From Paraspadella gotoi (taxonomy: Eukaryota; Animalia; Chaetognatha), in the NCBI GenBank assembly GCA_051294375.1, contig CM119270.1, positions 14,347,247-14,411,246 of the forward strand: a stretch of 64,000 bases of DNA. The letters run 5' to 3'. The notes beneath the pieces were generated by a model that was given only the letters and a program-made list of their open reading frames with translations, searched no databases and was not told where the DNA came from. Positions within the stretch are counted from its first letter, which is position 1. Every line of letters starts with the position of its first letter. The position numbers were made by a program, and so were the translations under genes. Positions 38,215 to 51,931 of the stretch are shown here, piece by piece.

Positions 38215-40848
38215 ATCTCTTCTCTCTCTCTCTCACCAAAACCTACTCTGTGAAAATAACCATGCCAAAACGAAGGCTAATGTACACTGGGTAAGTGATG
38301 TGGATGATTGATGACGATGATGGAGGCTGCCTATGAGTTTGATGAGGTCATTAGTTTTAATTTTAGGCAGAGGTTTTAAAAAAGTAGATGGATAGGGAGA
38401 GGATGGAACGAGAAATTTGGATGATGGTGGGGGAGTTCGTTGGTAGGGACGGTGAAGTCTTCGGGCGATGGAAAAAGGGTCTAGTTGGATCGATGGAGGT
38501 CAATTTTCAGTTTGGTAAGTTGGTCAAGAGAGAGAAAGTTGATTCTTGTCGTGACCAAAAGAAAACCAGTTAATTAAGGGAAAACGAAGAAATTCTGAGA
38601 AGGAGAGAAAAAAGCGAGAGGAAGAAGAGGAGGAGAAGGAGAGGACGAGAGAGAGAGAGAGAGTAAGACTGAACTTGCACATCTAAACTGAATGTGTTAA
38701 TCTGAACTTTTCATTAATTAATTTCTGAATCCTTTCCTTCCCACTTAATCGAACGCTATCAGCTCAATTGTTTCCATAAATTTGCGTTACGTAAGATCAC
38801 AGAGCGTAATCAATTTTAAAACGTTTTTTTATTTTTAATTTACAGCCATGGTTTGGGCAAAAGTGTAAAAATTCCAAACCAAAAGTCTTTTTTAAATAAT
38901 GAAACCAAAAATCAATAAAACATAAAATTATCGTAAAATACTTTCCACGCTTAATTAAGGAAAAGACTTTGCCTCGTTAAAAATCTTTCTTCGGCAAATT
39001 AATATAGAGATCCCTAAAACTTAAAATAAACAGAGAGAGGAGAACTTCTCGCCACACGAATCGGTAAAAACCCAAACCGGTATTAACGCTCAATTATCTA
39101 CGTAGATTCCGACGAAAAAGATCGTCCAATCCTGGAAACGAAAAAAGAATCTCGATCCTGTTTGGCGTCCCCCCCAAAAAAATGTCGTCGACATCCCCTG
39201 ATATATGGAACGGGACGATTTCGGGAATTACGAGATTCACCGCTTTTTTCTTCTCTCTTTCTTTTCTCTATTTTCGAACTCGACTTAATGACTTGAGCGT
39301 AAATAACATCAAACCAGCTCCAAGTTAATTGTTTTTTTTCGTTCAGTCTTACGTCAATCTTTCTCAGTCTCTTCTTCCCGTTTCTTACTTTCTAAATTTA
39401 ATGATTAGTTATTTTTTAAAACTACGCGCTTTTGTTTTTTTTTTCCTTCTTTCGTTCGAATATTTTAACTTTGTTTTTGTTTTGACTTTGGACGAAAAGG
39501 AGAAGAAATATTGTTTACGTAAAACAAACGAAGCTTATGACGGAGAGAAGAGAAGACGAAGGAGGAGAGGCGAGGGGGAGAGAGCTCAATAGCTTTTTTC
39601 TTCTTAAAAAAAAAGTAAAAGTTGAAAACAAAAGATGAAAACGAAAAGACGGGCAAGAATTTTTTTTTTCTTTTAGGTTTTATTTTTTCGAATATTTTTC
39701 GAATTCATTTTCTCATCACGTTGCCACGAGAACTTTCACGAATCTCGTGACGCCATCACCGTCCAGCGTCGCGTCACCGTTTCGACTTCGCCGTGTCCGA
39801 TTTTCGCCGCGGCCCGATTTCTTTCGTCGTTCGTTCGCCGTCGCCTATTCGCCGTCAACTGCATCAAAGTAGCAGGGCGACGGCTTCCCGCATTGTTTTG
39901 CCGCGCGTCTTCGGCGGATTGACGACGATGTGTCTGGATTGTTTTTTTGTTGTTGTTGTTTGGGTAGGCGTGGCCCTATCAGTTTTGGTTTGTTTATTTA
40001 TTTGTTTTTGCGTCGCAGTTTTTCTTTTCGTAGCTTTTTTTTGTTTTGTTATTGAGGAAGTAAATTCGGAAATTCGGTTTTTATTTCTTCGCGGGTTAAG
40101 TTTTTTTTTTAATGGAATGTTGTTTATTTATAAATTGTGGCTTTTTTAAATTAAAAAAGGCTCGTCTGATGAGAGAAGAGGAGTAAAAGAGGGAGAGATA
40201 TAAAACAGCGACCCAAAAAAAAATTTTGAAAAAATGAACTGATGTCTTGAATTTTTTCGGTTCGACTGAGAGCGAGAGAATTCACCTTACTTTTTGTGTT
40301 GGATTTGACGAGAAGAGAGGAGGGAGAGAGAGGTGGCAGAGATATAAAAAAAAGAAGAGAGAGAGAGAGAGAGACAGATGAGCGGAAAAAAGTGTTTAAA
40401 TACGCGAAGAGTTATAATTAGTTTTAAAGTAATAAAAAAGGATAACTCGGGACACGGAGGGCAGAGAGCCGAGAGGGAAACTGATGAGAGAGAGAGAGAG
40501 AGAGGATTCCGGAAGAGAGAGAGAGAAGAGAGAGACGAGAGTAAAAGGAGGAAAGGAGGAGGAAGATGAGCCCCGATCCTTTAAAAGGAAGGGACCCGAG
40601 AGATGCTAACCAAATGCAGATCGAGATCCAACTATTCGAAGCGCGATTCTCGCAACGACGACGGACGGACGACGACGGCTACCACGACGACGACGAAGAG
40701 GAAAGAGCGCGACAACAACGACGATGACGACGACGACGACGACGATGCGTCGGGCGGCTGGCGAACTTCTTCCCAAACTACGGCGGCGCGCTCGCGTGTA
40801 CTGGCCGCGTCTCGCCGCCTCGCGCCTCGCGTTCAATCTCTTCTCTCT

Positions 40849-40924
<76 letters not shown>

Positions 40925-42887
40925 AACAGGGCTCTCGTTTTCTTTCATTTATCCCTTCCTTTTCCTCCTTTTTCCTTCTCCATTCCTTTTCCTTTGTTTT
41001 TTCGTCGGGGATGGCTTCTCGAGTTGATTGCGTTTCGTCGTCGGTCTTCGTCCTCGTCGTTCGTCGTCGCGTCGTCGTCGTCGTCGTCGTCGTCTCTCTC
41101 GACTTTGTCATTGTCTCAATCCCTTTTTAAATTTTCCGAACGTTCATAGTGACCCGAAGAATTACTGGGCTGAAATGCGATGCAATATGGCCTCGCGCAA
41201 TACTGTTTATTAATATATATTATATAATAATTATAATTAAAAATAATAATCTCGACGAGAAATTGTCTTATTTGCTTTTAGTTTAGTAAGGTTTACTTTC
41301 TTGTTCTTGTTCATATTGTTTACTTTAGCCTTTTTTTTCTTAGTTCTACGTTGTGTCATTGACTCGCGTTTTATTTTCTTATCTTTGGATCCGAGTCCAA
41401 TTCCGTTTCTGAATTCCATCCCTGATTCCATCTCAGAGTTTCCATTTCTGTCATCGATATGATCTGGCTGTTATAACTGCGGCCAACGACGCGGTCGTCA
41501 TTCGGATTCATTGGTCGGTCCGTCGGTTCGAGGTCGGCCAATCGCTTTGGTCTTTTAGTTCCATTCCGTTACTTTTAATTTTTATATCAAAGTCCTTAAT
41601 GGAGAACTGAGAATTTTTTAAAATGGTCATGCGAAGTGAACAAACGAAACAAATAAGCGATTCATATGACAAAACGACTGAACAAAGATGCAAACAACCA
41701 TTGCAGATCTAGGAGAGACAATTTATTTAAGTTAAGTTAAATGCGACTTTATTGTCTCTACTAGGTTGCAATGGTTGTATTTGCATCTTTGTTCAGTCGT
41801 TTGTCAATATGAATCGCTTATTTGTTCGTTTGTTCACTTCGCATACCACTTATAAATTTCTCAGTCTCATCCCCTTCGGTCTCAGGACCATCGCTCTAAT
41901 TCTCTCTCTCCCTCCCTCTTTATCTCCTTTAGAGGAAAAGCGAGAGGCCTCAAACTGCGACCAACAAAAGTTCCTCAAGCCCAGCAAGCGACCGCAACAC
42001 CAGCGGATTTCCACTATTCCAAATCGTCAATCGGGAATTGAACTGCTCTCTCTCTCTCTTCTCTCCTCTCTCTCTCTCCTCCTCTCTCTCTCTCTCTTCT
42101 CTCTCTCCCTCTCTCTCCTCTCCTCTCTCTCTCTCCTCTTCTCTCTCTCTCACCCCCCTCACTCTCGTTTTTGTCCAACGAGAAGAAAATCTCGAATACT
42201 GCAAATGAGTTTGCGGACGTCCCGCGGACCAAAGTAGCCGGAAACAATTGCGAGTTGCCGCAGGGATCGGGACGGCGATCGTGGGTGGTAGGGGCGTTCA
42301 GAAGACTGCGGCAGAGGAGATGGTGAAGTGGTCACTTTCAGGAAGATAGGGATCGGCGTTGGAGGATCGCAGGTAGTGGCAATAGTGGGTGATCGTACTG
42401 TTGAAGTTTTACGGACAGGACCGGCGGATTTTTGGAGCCGATTGACGAACCAATGAGCTCACGATTTTTTGGGGGACGGCCAGACCGTTTTGTCCCTGGC
42501 TTAGACGATCTTCGAAGGAAGGCTTTTTCTTTTTTGGATTTTGTTTTAAGTTTTTCTTTTGTACTTTTCTTTTCCTTTCTTCTTTCTTTCTTTCTTTCTT
42601 TCTTTCTTTTCGTTCTTTTCTTTCTTCTTCTTCTTTCGGTTCTTTCTTTCTTTCTTTCTTTCTTTCTTCTTTTTCTCATTGTGATTGGGCTTAAATAAGT
42701 TTCGTATTTTCTCCCTTTTTCAAAACACCGTCTAAAAAAAATATCCAAAGCGAAAACAAAAAAAAAGTTAAAAAAATCGGATTCCTTCATTTTCTTTTCT
42801 CGTCTCGACCGCGCATTCCATTTCGGAGATCCCGGCTTGAAGATCCGCCGGCAATGAGCGGGACGCATGGCTAATGCAGTCCTTTCT

Positions 42888-42945
<58 letters not shown>

Positions 42946-43014
42946 TCTCTCTCTTTCTCCTTCTCCTCTCTCTCCCCGCGGCCCCTTTCCAAACCCTTGG
43001 TTTTTTTTCGTCGT

Positions 43015-43059
<45 letters not shown>

Positions 43060-43242
43060 CTTGATGTCGTCGTCGTCGTTCGACTTTGTCTGCGTTGAAA
43101 CAGACTGTTTTGTCTCATCGAGAGAGTAAAAAATTTCATGGTCACTTCTTCCCTTTTTTAAAGCATATACATAATGAGAAGTGTTAGGAGGGAAGGGATG
43201 GAGGAGCGGGAAAGGATAGCGGCCGCGGCGAGGTGTGTGTGT

Positions 43243-43286
<44 letters not shown>

Positions 43287-44045
43287 AGAGAAGAGAGAGA
43301 GAGAGAGTAGGAGAGAGAGAGAGAAGATACTGGCGCCAAGGTTTGACGCCGGATTAGCGCCGTCATCACGCTTGCCGCGAAATCCGGATAACGACGACGA
43401 CGGACGACGACGACATCGAAGATCGAAAAAAAGCAGAAAATTGAGGACCGGTCGAGGTGAGAGGGAGCGGGAGGTGAGTGGAGTGGAGATCAGTGGAGCG
43501 GAGTGAGAGGGAGCGGAGGTGAGTTGGAGTGGAGACTCAAGGTGTAGCGGAAGTGAGAGGGAGCTGAGATGAGTTGGAGTGGAGATCATGGTGGAGCGGA
43601 GGTTGCAGCGTGACAGAGGAGGTGACGTAGGGTGGCAGATGATGTGGAGATGGAGCGAATGTTAGCGTGGGAAAAAGTTGCTGGCGAATAAACTTATGGA
43701 AAGGAGGTTTCTTAAAAAAATTTATAACATTAAACATACTTTATACATTTTATCATCATTAAACAATAATTTTTTTAAAATCGGCACCTTTGTATGAAAA
43801 TTTACGATATTGTAATTAAAATCACAATTAAAATTCCTACGTGTTTTATTTACATTCTTCTGAAACTCATATTTATAGTTTTTTTAAAATCGTTTTTTAA
43901 AATCGTATTGTAACCCATCTCTCCTTATTATCAAATAGTCCAACCCTTCAAGCCCAATCCGTAGCCCAACCCATAGCCCAACCCATCAAGAGGCTCCGGG
44001 AGCCGAGAAAAGCCTGATTACATTTTATCGACTCCTCTCTCTCCT

Positions 44046-44090
<45 letters not shown>

Positions 44091-45155
44091 ACTCTCTCTC
44101 TCTTTCTTCTCTCTCTCTCTCTCCTCTCTGCCAATCGGTTCTCACACGTCGAAAAAGAGACACGCGGCCAGTATTGGCCTAACCGGAAATTTGCCGTTTC
44201 CTGCCATCCCGGATTCGTCTCGCGTTGCCGGCCGCCCCTTTTTCTCCTTCCCTTCCCTACTTCTCCCTACCTTCTCTCCCTTTCCTTTCTTTCGCTAGTC
44301 CCTAATCCTTTAATCCCACACTTTCCTTTCCTTTTCCGTTCAACCTTTCAAATTCCTCGACTCTATGGGTTCTTTGGACATAATCATTAGGCCTGCACGA
44401 TCCTTGTTAGCCCGTACTTGTGCAATGTGCATCCCGAAAGAAATGCTGCTATGGCCTCTTCGGTTTTATTTTTCACCTTAACTTACCAACTCCTTCCTCA
44501 GATTTTGTCTCATAAAGGTGAAATAAAGAGAGCGTGTATTTCAAAAGAAAAGGTTAAACTTAATAAATTAATAAATAGTACTCGAAAAAGTATTGTTTTC
44601 TTATAGAATAAAATCATTAAAAGCATAGCTTCAGTTTGTTTCATACAGTGTATTTGAGATCGAGAATCGAATAAACATTTACATCGATTTTTCTTTAGCA
44701 AGAAAGCTATATATTAAAAATGGAAGACAAAACGACAACGATTTTTCTTTTAAGTTCCAACCGACCCACTCACATTAATATTTCCCCCAACCCTTCATAC
44801 AAACAATCATTCAATCCACCTACTACCAATTTAACAAATACATAAAAACACCTTTTCACCACCCTTAAATGGTGTTCGATTTAAAGTAATCCAACATTCC
44901 AACGTTTAATCCACCCCGCCACCGTTTAAGGGGTTCTCGACCCCCTAAAACAACCACTCCGCCATTTCCCCCTCCCGCCAAAGCCAAGGGGCACAACAGG
45001 GGTCAAGCCAATGCAATAAATTGGCTGGCTCAGCTCCGCCACCTCCGGAAAACGATTCCCCTCAGTATATTATAAATTGGGGCCAAACCGCCGGGCCGGA
45101 AAGAAGGGTCGGGGGGCTGGGGGGAAGGGTTGGGGTGGGGATAGGGTAAGGGAGC
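36931..45155 (+). repeat. Copy 4 of the unit (equivalent to about 13633-21517), continuing into new sequence
   Basis: Begins with the same tttctatatatggaaaaa after a 25-N gap; matches copy 1 up to ggtaagggagc, then continues ggcggcggctgc. Confidence 0.92.
41600..41869. mobile_element. Same MITE-like hairpin in copy 4
   Basis: Same arms, spacer and flanks with extra indels. Confidence 0.55.
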
Positions 45156-45409
45156 GGCGGCGGCTGCGGCGCCTCCTCTCACTTCTGCCCTTTGTCAATT
45201 TGTTTCTCCTTACTCGGGAGAAAAACCGATAGAAACGAGGACGCTCAAATCCGACGATGCGGAGACAAGTTACTAGTAATATTCATATTTATATAGTATT
45301 TATTAATTGTTATTTAAGATAAAATGAAGGAGAAAGAGGAATCGCAAAATGTCAATTATAAAATAATTGTTTAATAAACTCTTAGGTTGATTGAATGATA
45401 TTGTAATTT

Positions 45410-45606
45410 GGCATTTGTGGAAGACGATGCCGCGAACAGTTTACCGTCCGTTACACACAAAGTCCCGAACTTCGGATCGGGCTGTAGTCCGACACTACAG
45501 GTGGGTTAAACGCCCCGTCCCGCTTTTACTAGTGTGAATCAGCAGGGCGCGAACCCGAGTCCTTTGGGTTGGGAGGAGCTCGTGCTACCTCCGGCGCCAT
45601 AGGTGC
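45410..45606 (-). mobile_element. tRNA-derived SINE-like element (degenerate tRNA head plus about 130-nt body)
   Basis: Minus strand reads GCACCTA TGGCGCCGGAGG TAGCACGAGCTC CTCCCAA CCCAAAGGACTC GGGTTCGCGCCC TG: an A-box-like TGGCGnnnnGG and B-box-like GGTTCG at tRNA spacing, with a CT-CCC-AA loop. The cloverleaf is broken, so it is not a functional tRNA. The 3' end is approximate. Confidence 0.55.
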
Positions 45607-48600
45607 TGCTGATTTTCGGACGAGTAGTTGGGTATGAAATACTACCACTACACATTATTAAATTATAGGCGTAAGAATCTTTACTTTAAGGGATGCATCG
45701 CCGCATGAGGAAAAGAGAAAGTATTCGCCAGTTTTCGTCATGGTGGGGAAAGTGAGCGAAAATTCCGTGGTAAGGAAGAGAGAAGATACGGGAGAGAGAG
45801 AGAGAGACTAAGAGGGTGAGGACCAGAACAGCAAATGACGACGTCAAGTCGATGGGTAAGTACGCGTGTTGGAAGCATGGATTTGCCCAGACGAGAAAAT
45901 TATTTTCGAAAAATTAATTATTTAGTTTAATTTATGATCATATTTTGATTTTTGACGATTGTACTTTTGGGTTTGTATGTATGTATTCTATGCTGTTTTG
46001 CTTTTATTACTTCTAGTTCTAATCAAAGTTGTCCTTCCTGTTTTTGCTTTCAATTTTCTCTTCTTTCGGTTAGACATCCGATTATACTTTTAACTTTTTA
46101 CCAAAAAGTTTTCAGTTTTATATATTATATATACTTTGGTTTCATTTTCAGTTTCAATTCTGAATCCACAAACTTCTTTTTCAGCCTAAAACCGCCTATA
46201 TTCCGTTTTAGGGCTCCACTGCTTTTAGTTCTCTCTCCTCCAGTATAAAAAAAAACTTCCAGTTCCCCCCCCCCAAGGGCTTCGATTTTTTCTCCGACTC
46301 CGCATTAGAAGGTGTCACGTTTTGGGCCACATATCTGGGATTCGTCGTTCGGTGGGAGCGGTGGGTGGACGCGTGGGGAGTTGTGTGGTCTGAGGCGTGG
46401 GCAAAAGAGGTCGTGCGAGAGAAGGAGGCGAGGTTGCGCCTTATCTCGAATCGCAGTCAACCGGAAAAAGTAAATCCTTTTCTACCTGAGAGACGGAGTC
46501 ACCGAATAACGAGAGAAACGCGTAGAGGATTCTGATATTCTGAGAGAGAGCAGAAGAAGAGAGGAGGGAGAGAGAGAGAACGAGAGAGAGACTAGAAAGG
46601 AGGGAGGAAGGAGAGAGAGAGAAGAGAGAGATTGATTGATTAGTATATGATAGGAAGAAAGAGTACTAGACATGAGAGAGAGAGAGAGAGAGAAGAGAGA
46701 GATAGAGAGAGAGACCGAGAGAGGAGAAGAGAGAGAAAGAGAGAGAGAGAGAGACCAAGAAAAAAAAATAAAGAAAGAAAGAAGGAAGGAAGAAAGAGCT
46801 AGACAGAGAGATATGTCCATGAACAAGAAACTCGTTATTTATTCCCTCCTGGCTTCGCACCTTTTCCGAGGCAATTTGTCCTTTTCCCTTCCTTTCCTTA
46901 ATTTCTTTCCTTTCCTCCCTTTTCCTCCGATCTCCTCCCATTTTCCTCCCTCCTTTGCGCTTTGGGCATTTTTGATTACGTCATAGTTTATGGCAGATTC
47001 GGGTGCCATCGTCATCGGATGCGCTTGACCCGAGGACAAAAGGTAGGTGGGGCGACTGGGGCGTGAGCGCAGGGCCGACGTGGCAAGAAACCGTAGCATG
47101 ATTTTTAAGGCGAGCGTGGCGCCAACGTGGCAATATATCGTGGCAGAGCGTGATTTGGCCTCGGCGTGGCGAAACGTGACCTCGGAGCGAACGTTTCGTT
47201 TTCCAATCATAAGCAAAGTTTGGTTTCGCCTCATAACTGACCACTGGCGCCGCCGCAACTGGAGCAGCGACCGCCGCAGCAGAAGCAGCGGCCGCAGCAG
47301 AAGCAGCGGCCGATTTTTCCCGTCTTCCCAACATTTTACCCGATTTCTTTACCCACTCGCTGCCTCTTGATAGACAATGACATCGACCGAGCAGACTGCC
47401 ACCCAATGTTTTATCAACAAACCCGCAATCAGCCTCTGGTCAATGAAGGAACCAAATTGATACGCCTCCTTCTCTCCTTCCCCTCTCCCGTATCACCCCC
47501 GCGTCCCAAACTCTTTCCATTCCTTTCAACACCATCACCATCGCCACCACTATCACCATCACCACCACAACCTCCATCCTAACCCTTCACCCCCGACTCC
47601 ATCTCCATCTGAGGGCGGGAGACTTCTGGTCAAAAAAAAAGAAGAGAGAATCTCCGAATCTCGGATCCGCCTTTTCAGACGACGGAATGAAAATCCGATG
47701 TTATGTTGATATAAAATTATAAATTTATTAAGTATATTAATTAAATTCCGTCTTTGGTAAAATGACCAGGCTCTTGTTTCAATAGTTATGTGATTTAATG
47801 TTGTTTTAAAATGATATTCGTTTGTTATAAAACTCGGTTCCATCGTCATAAATTCTCTTGTCATCTGACCCAAAGCTTTTAGTGGGCCTTTTGTTATGCT
47901 AGTCGCCGTCGTCGTCATTGTCGTCGTCGTCGCCGTCGTCGTGGTCATCGTCGTCGTCGTCGCCTTCATCTCTCGCTAGCATTGGCTGCGCTCAACTGCG
48001 TCAGTTTCTCACTCTTTTTTAACTTTTTCTTTCTAAGTTTTTTTCCTTTTGTTTTTTATATCTTTTCGTCCTGCAAAAAGTAACTTGGAGAAGACGACGA
48101 CTGCGACGACGACGACGACGACGACGGAGGGCGCTCAAATAACAATGACGTATTATGTTCATTTGTTTCAGGTCTGGATGACGAACGTCTCGCATTAAAA
48201 AGAAACGCCGACGACGACGACGACGACGACGAGTTACAACTTTCTTCAACGCTTTTATTAGGATGAATCGTTCGTCTCCTGCAACCAACAGGTTTTTCTT
48301 TGTCGTCGTTTCGCCTTTTAATTAATCGTCGCTTCGAAGGAGATGAGAAAAGAACCAGTTCTCTTTCTTCTCTTTTCTCTTTCTTCTCTTTTTTTTCTTC
48401 TCTTTTTCTTTCTTCGTCCGAAAAGTCAACAAACAGGGAATAAACAAGAATTTCAACTTTTTTCGACGAAAGACGAAAANNNNNNNNNNNNNNNNNNNNN
48501 NNNNNNNNNNNNNNNNNNNNNNNNNNNNNNNNNNNNNNNNNNNNNNNNNNNNNNNNNNNNNNNNNNNNNNNNNNNNNNNNNNNNNNNNNNNNNNNNNNNN

Positions 48601-49841
48601 NNNNNNNNNNNNNNNNNNNNNNNNNNNNNNNNNNNNNNNNNNNNNNNNNNNNNNNNNNNNNNNNNNNNNNNNNNNNNNNNNNNNNNNNNNNNNNNNNNNN
48701 NNNNNNNNNNNNNNCAAAACATAAGTTTGCTTAAATGATGTTTAAATTCAAAACAATAGGAATTTCCTAGTCTTTTTTAGTTAAAACAAAGGTGCTAGTA
48801 TGTAAATTTCTAACCTGTTGCCAAACCAGATTTTAAGATTATTGGACATAGTATGACAAAGAAAACATTGTTTTTTCCCGAACCCACTAATCTCTAACAA
48901 ATATTTATATCACAAGGGTTAGACATCCTGACCACCTCCGCATCAACACATGCCACTAATCCATTCTCATTTTCCTTGTGATTCCGCATTAACGAGACTC
49001 TTTCTTTTGCCTAATTTCTGTACATATTTCTTTTTTCCTGAGGGTTCCATTTATTTCCTTTCCCACTAGGGAATTCTTAGACCACAGCGATCTCATAGAA
49101 AATATTCGACTTTCGATATTTCTTCCTTTCTTTCTCCACCATCCTTCCATCCCTCCTTTCCTATGGGATCACACCAATCCAAGAGAAGAAAGAAATGAAA
49201 GACAGCCTGAGAAAGAAGAAAGAAAGAAGGAAAGAAAGAGAGAAAGAAAGAAAGAAAGAAAGAAAAGGAAAGATTAGAAAGAATTAAAAGAAAAGGAAAG
49301 AAGAAAGGGAAGTGAAGGAAAAACAACGTTAAATAAAAAACAAAGAACATGGCGGTGAAAAGGGCGCCCGGCGCCCCTCTGGACTAATTGCGCTGGCCAA
49401 AAAACACAATGGCGGCAGACAATTGAGAGCTAAAAAAAAATTGGCAGCGTCGACGCCCATGCAGGGGGAGGAATTTGGGGGGGTGTTGATATAAATATTT
49501 TTTGGGGGTTGTGATATAAATAATTTGATTAGTTAGGAGTTTAGTGACGGTTCGGGGAAAAAACAATGTTTTCTTTGTCATACTATGTTCCATAATTCTT
49601 AAAATCTGGTATTTTGGCATACAGGTTTAGAAATTTTACATTACTAGCACCTTTGTTTTGACTAACAAAAGACTAGGAAATCCTATTTGTTTTGAAATAT
49701 AATTAAAACCTTATTTTAAGCAGATTATTTTGGCGACACAAGATGTTAACACATAATGCACCTCCAGGAAAATCTTTTAAAAAACGTCACGGATGCCGTT
49801 CAAGGGACTTTTCTCATTTCACGCCAACCTGTATTCTCTCT

Positions 49842-49897
<56 letters not shown>

Positions 49898-51891
49898 CAT
49901 ACTCATCTACATCTCTCTCTCTCAATAATCATCCGTCTTTCGTCTTTACGTCGAACAAAAGCTTGAAATTCTTGTTTTATTACCCATGAAATTTTGGACT
50001 TTCGGACGAAGAAGAAAACGAGAGAAAAAAAAGAGCAAGAAAGACGAAAAGAGAAGCAAAGAGACACTGGTTTTTTCTCACATATCTCCCTTCGAAGCGG
50101 ACGAATTAATTAAAAGGCGAAACGACGACAAGAAAAACCTGTTGGATTCAGGAGACGAACGATTCACCTAATAAAAGCTTTGAAGAAAGTTGATAAACTC
50201 GTCGTCGTCGATAGTCGTCGTCGTCGTCCGTCGGCGTCGTCACGTCGTTCGTCGTCATCGGCGTCGTACGTTCGTTTTCTTTTTAATGCCGGAGCCGTTC
50301 GATCATCCCATACCCTGAAACAAATGGAACATAAATTACGTCCCTTATTGTTATTTGAGGCCTCCGCCTTCGTCCGTCGTCGTCGTCTCGTCGCAGTCTC
50401 CCGGACAGGACGCAAAGCATTCATTCAAAATAACAAAAAGGAAAAAAATTAGAAGAAATGTTAAAAAAAGAGTGAAACTGACGTCAGTTGAGCGCACAGC
50501 CAATTGCTCGCGAGACGATGAAGGCGACGACGGCGACGCATGACACGACGACGGCGACGACGCACCGGACAACTACGAGACGGCGACTGGGCATAACAAA
50601 AGGCACTAAAAGCTTTGGTCAGCATGACAAGGAGAATTTTATGGACAGATGGAACCGAGGTTTTATAACAACGAATATCAATTTTAAAAACATTAAATCA
50701 CTAACTATTCTATACAAGAGCCCTGGTCATTTTTCCAAGACAGCGAATTTAATTTTTTTAAAAAAATTTATAAATTTAAATTAAATTAATAATTTTATAA
50801 CAAATACTCGGATCTTTCATTTCCGTCGTCTGCAAAAGGCGGAAGCCGAGATTCGGAGTTCTCTTCTTTTTTTTTTTTCTTGCAGAAGTTCTCCCGCCTC
50901 AGATGGAGATGGAAGTCGGGGTGAAGGGTTTGGATGGGGTTGTTCGGTCGGTGATGGTGATAGTGGGTCGGCCGATGGTGATTGTTGTTTGAATGAATGG
51001 AAGAGTTGGGATCGCTCGGTCGGCTGATACGCGCGAGAGGGAGGAGCAGACGAGTACGTATCCAATATTTGGTATTCTTTCCATTGACCGGAGGCTTGAT
51101 TGCGGGTTTTGTTGATAAAAAATTGGCGTGCAGTTTTGCTCGGTCCTATTCTTTCGCTCTATTCAGCGAGGCGCGAGTCGGCGTAAAGAAATCGGCGTTA
51201 TAAAATTGTTGGGAAGACGAGGCGAAAACATCGGCCTCCTGCTTCCTGCTGCGGTCCTGCTTCTGGCTGCGGCGGTCGCTTTGCTCCAGTATGCGGCGGC
51301 GCAGTTGGGTCAGTTATGAGTGCGAAACCAAACTATCTTCGCTATGATTGAAACGTAAACGTTCGCTCGCACGGGTCACAGTTTTTTCGCCACCGCCGAG
51401 GCCAAATCCCACGCTCTGCCACGATATTATACTGCCACGTTGGACGCACCACCTGTCGTCGCCCTAAAAATCTGCTCCTCGGTTTCTTGCCACGTCGGCC
51501 CTGCCCGCTCACGCCCCCAGTCGCCCCCACTACCTTTTGTCCCCGGGCTTCAGCCGCCGTCCTCGAATGACCGATGCATCGAATTCTGCCATTAACTATG
51601 ACGTATATCCAAGCAATGGCCAAATGCGCAAGGAGGGAGGAAAATGCTGAGTGAGATCGGAGGAAAAGGGAGTAAGGACAAGAATTAGCGAAAGGAAGGG
51701 AAAAAGGACAAAATTGCCTCGGACAAATGGTGCGAAGCCAGGAGGGGAATAAATAACGAGTTCTTGTTCATGGCTATTTCTCTTTCTGTTCTCTTAGCTT
51801 CTTTCTTCCTGCTCCTCTTTCTTTCTTTATTTTTTTATTCTCTTTCTCTCTCATCTCTCTCTCTCTCTCTCTCTCTCTTTCTTCTCTTCTC

Positions 51892-51931
<40 letters not shown>

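Noticed and set aside
46981-47406. 141-aa minus-strand ORF with an Ala-rich stretch
   Set aside because: No family match or convincing splice sites; the Ala run comes from an 18-bp tandem repeat.
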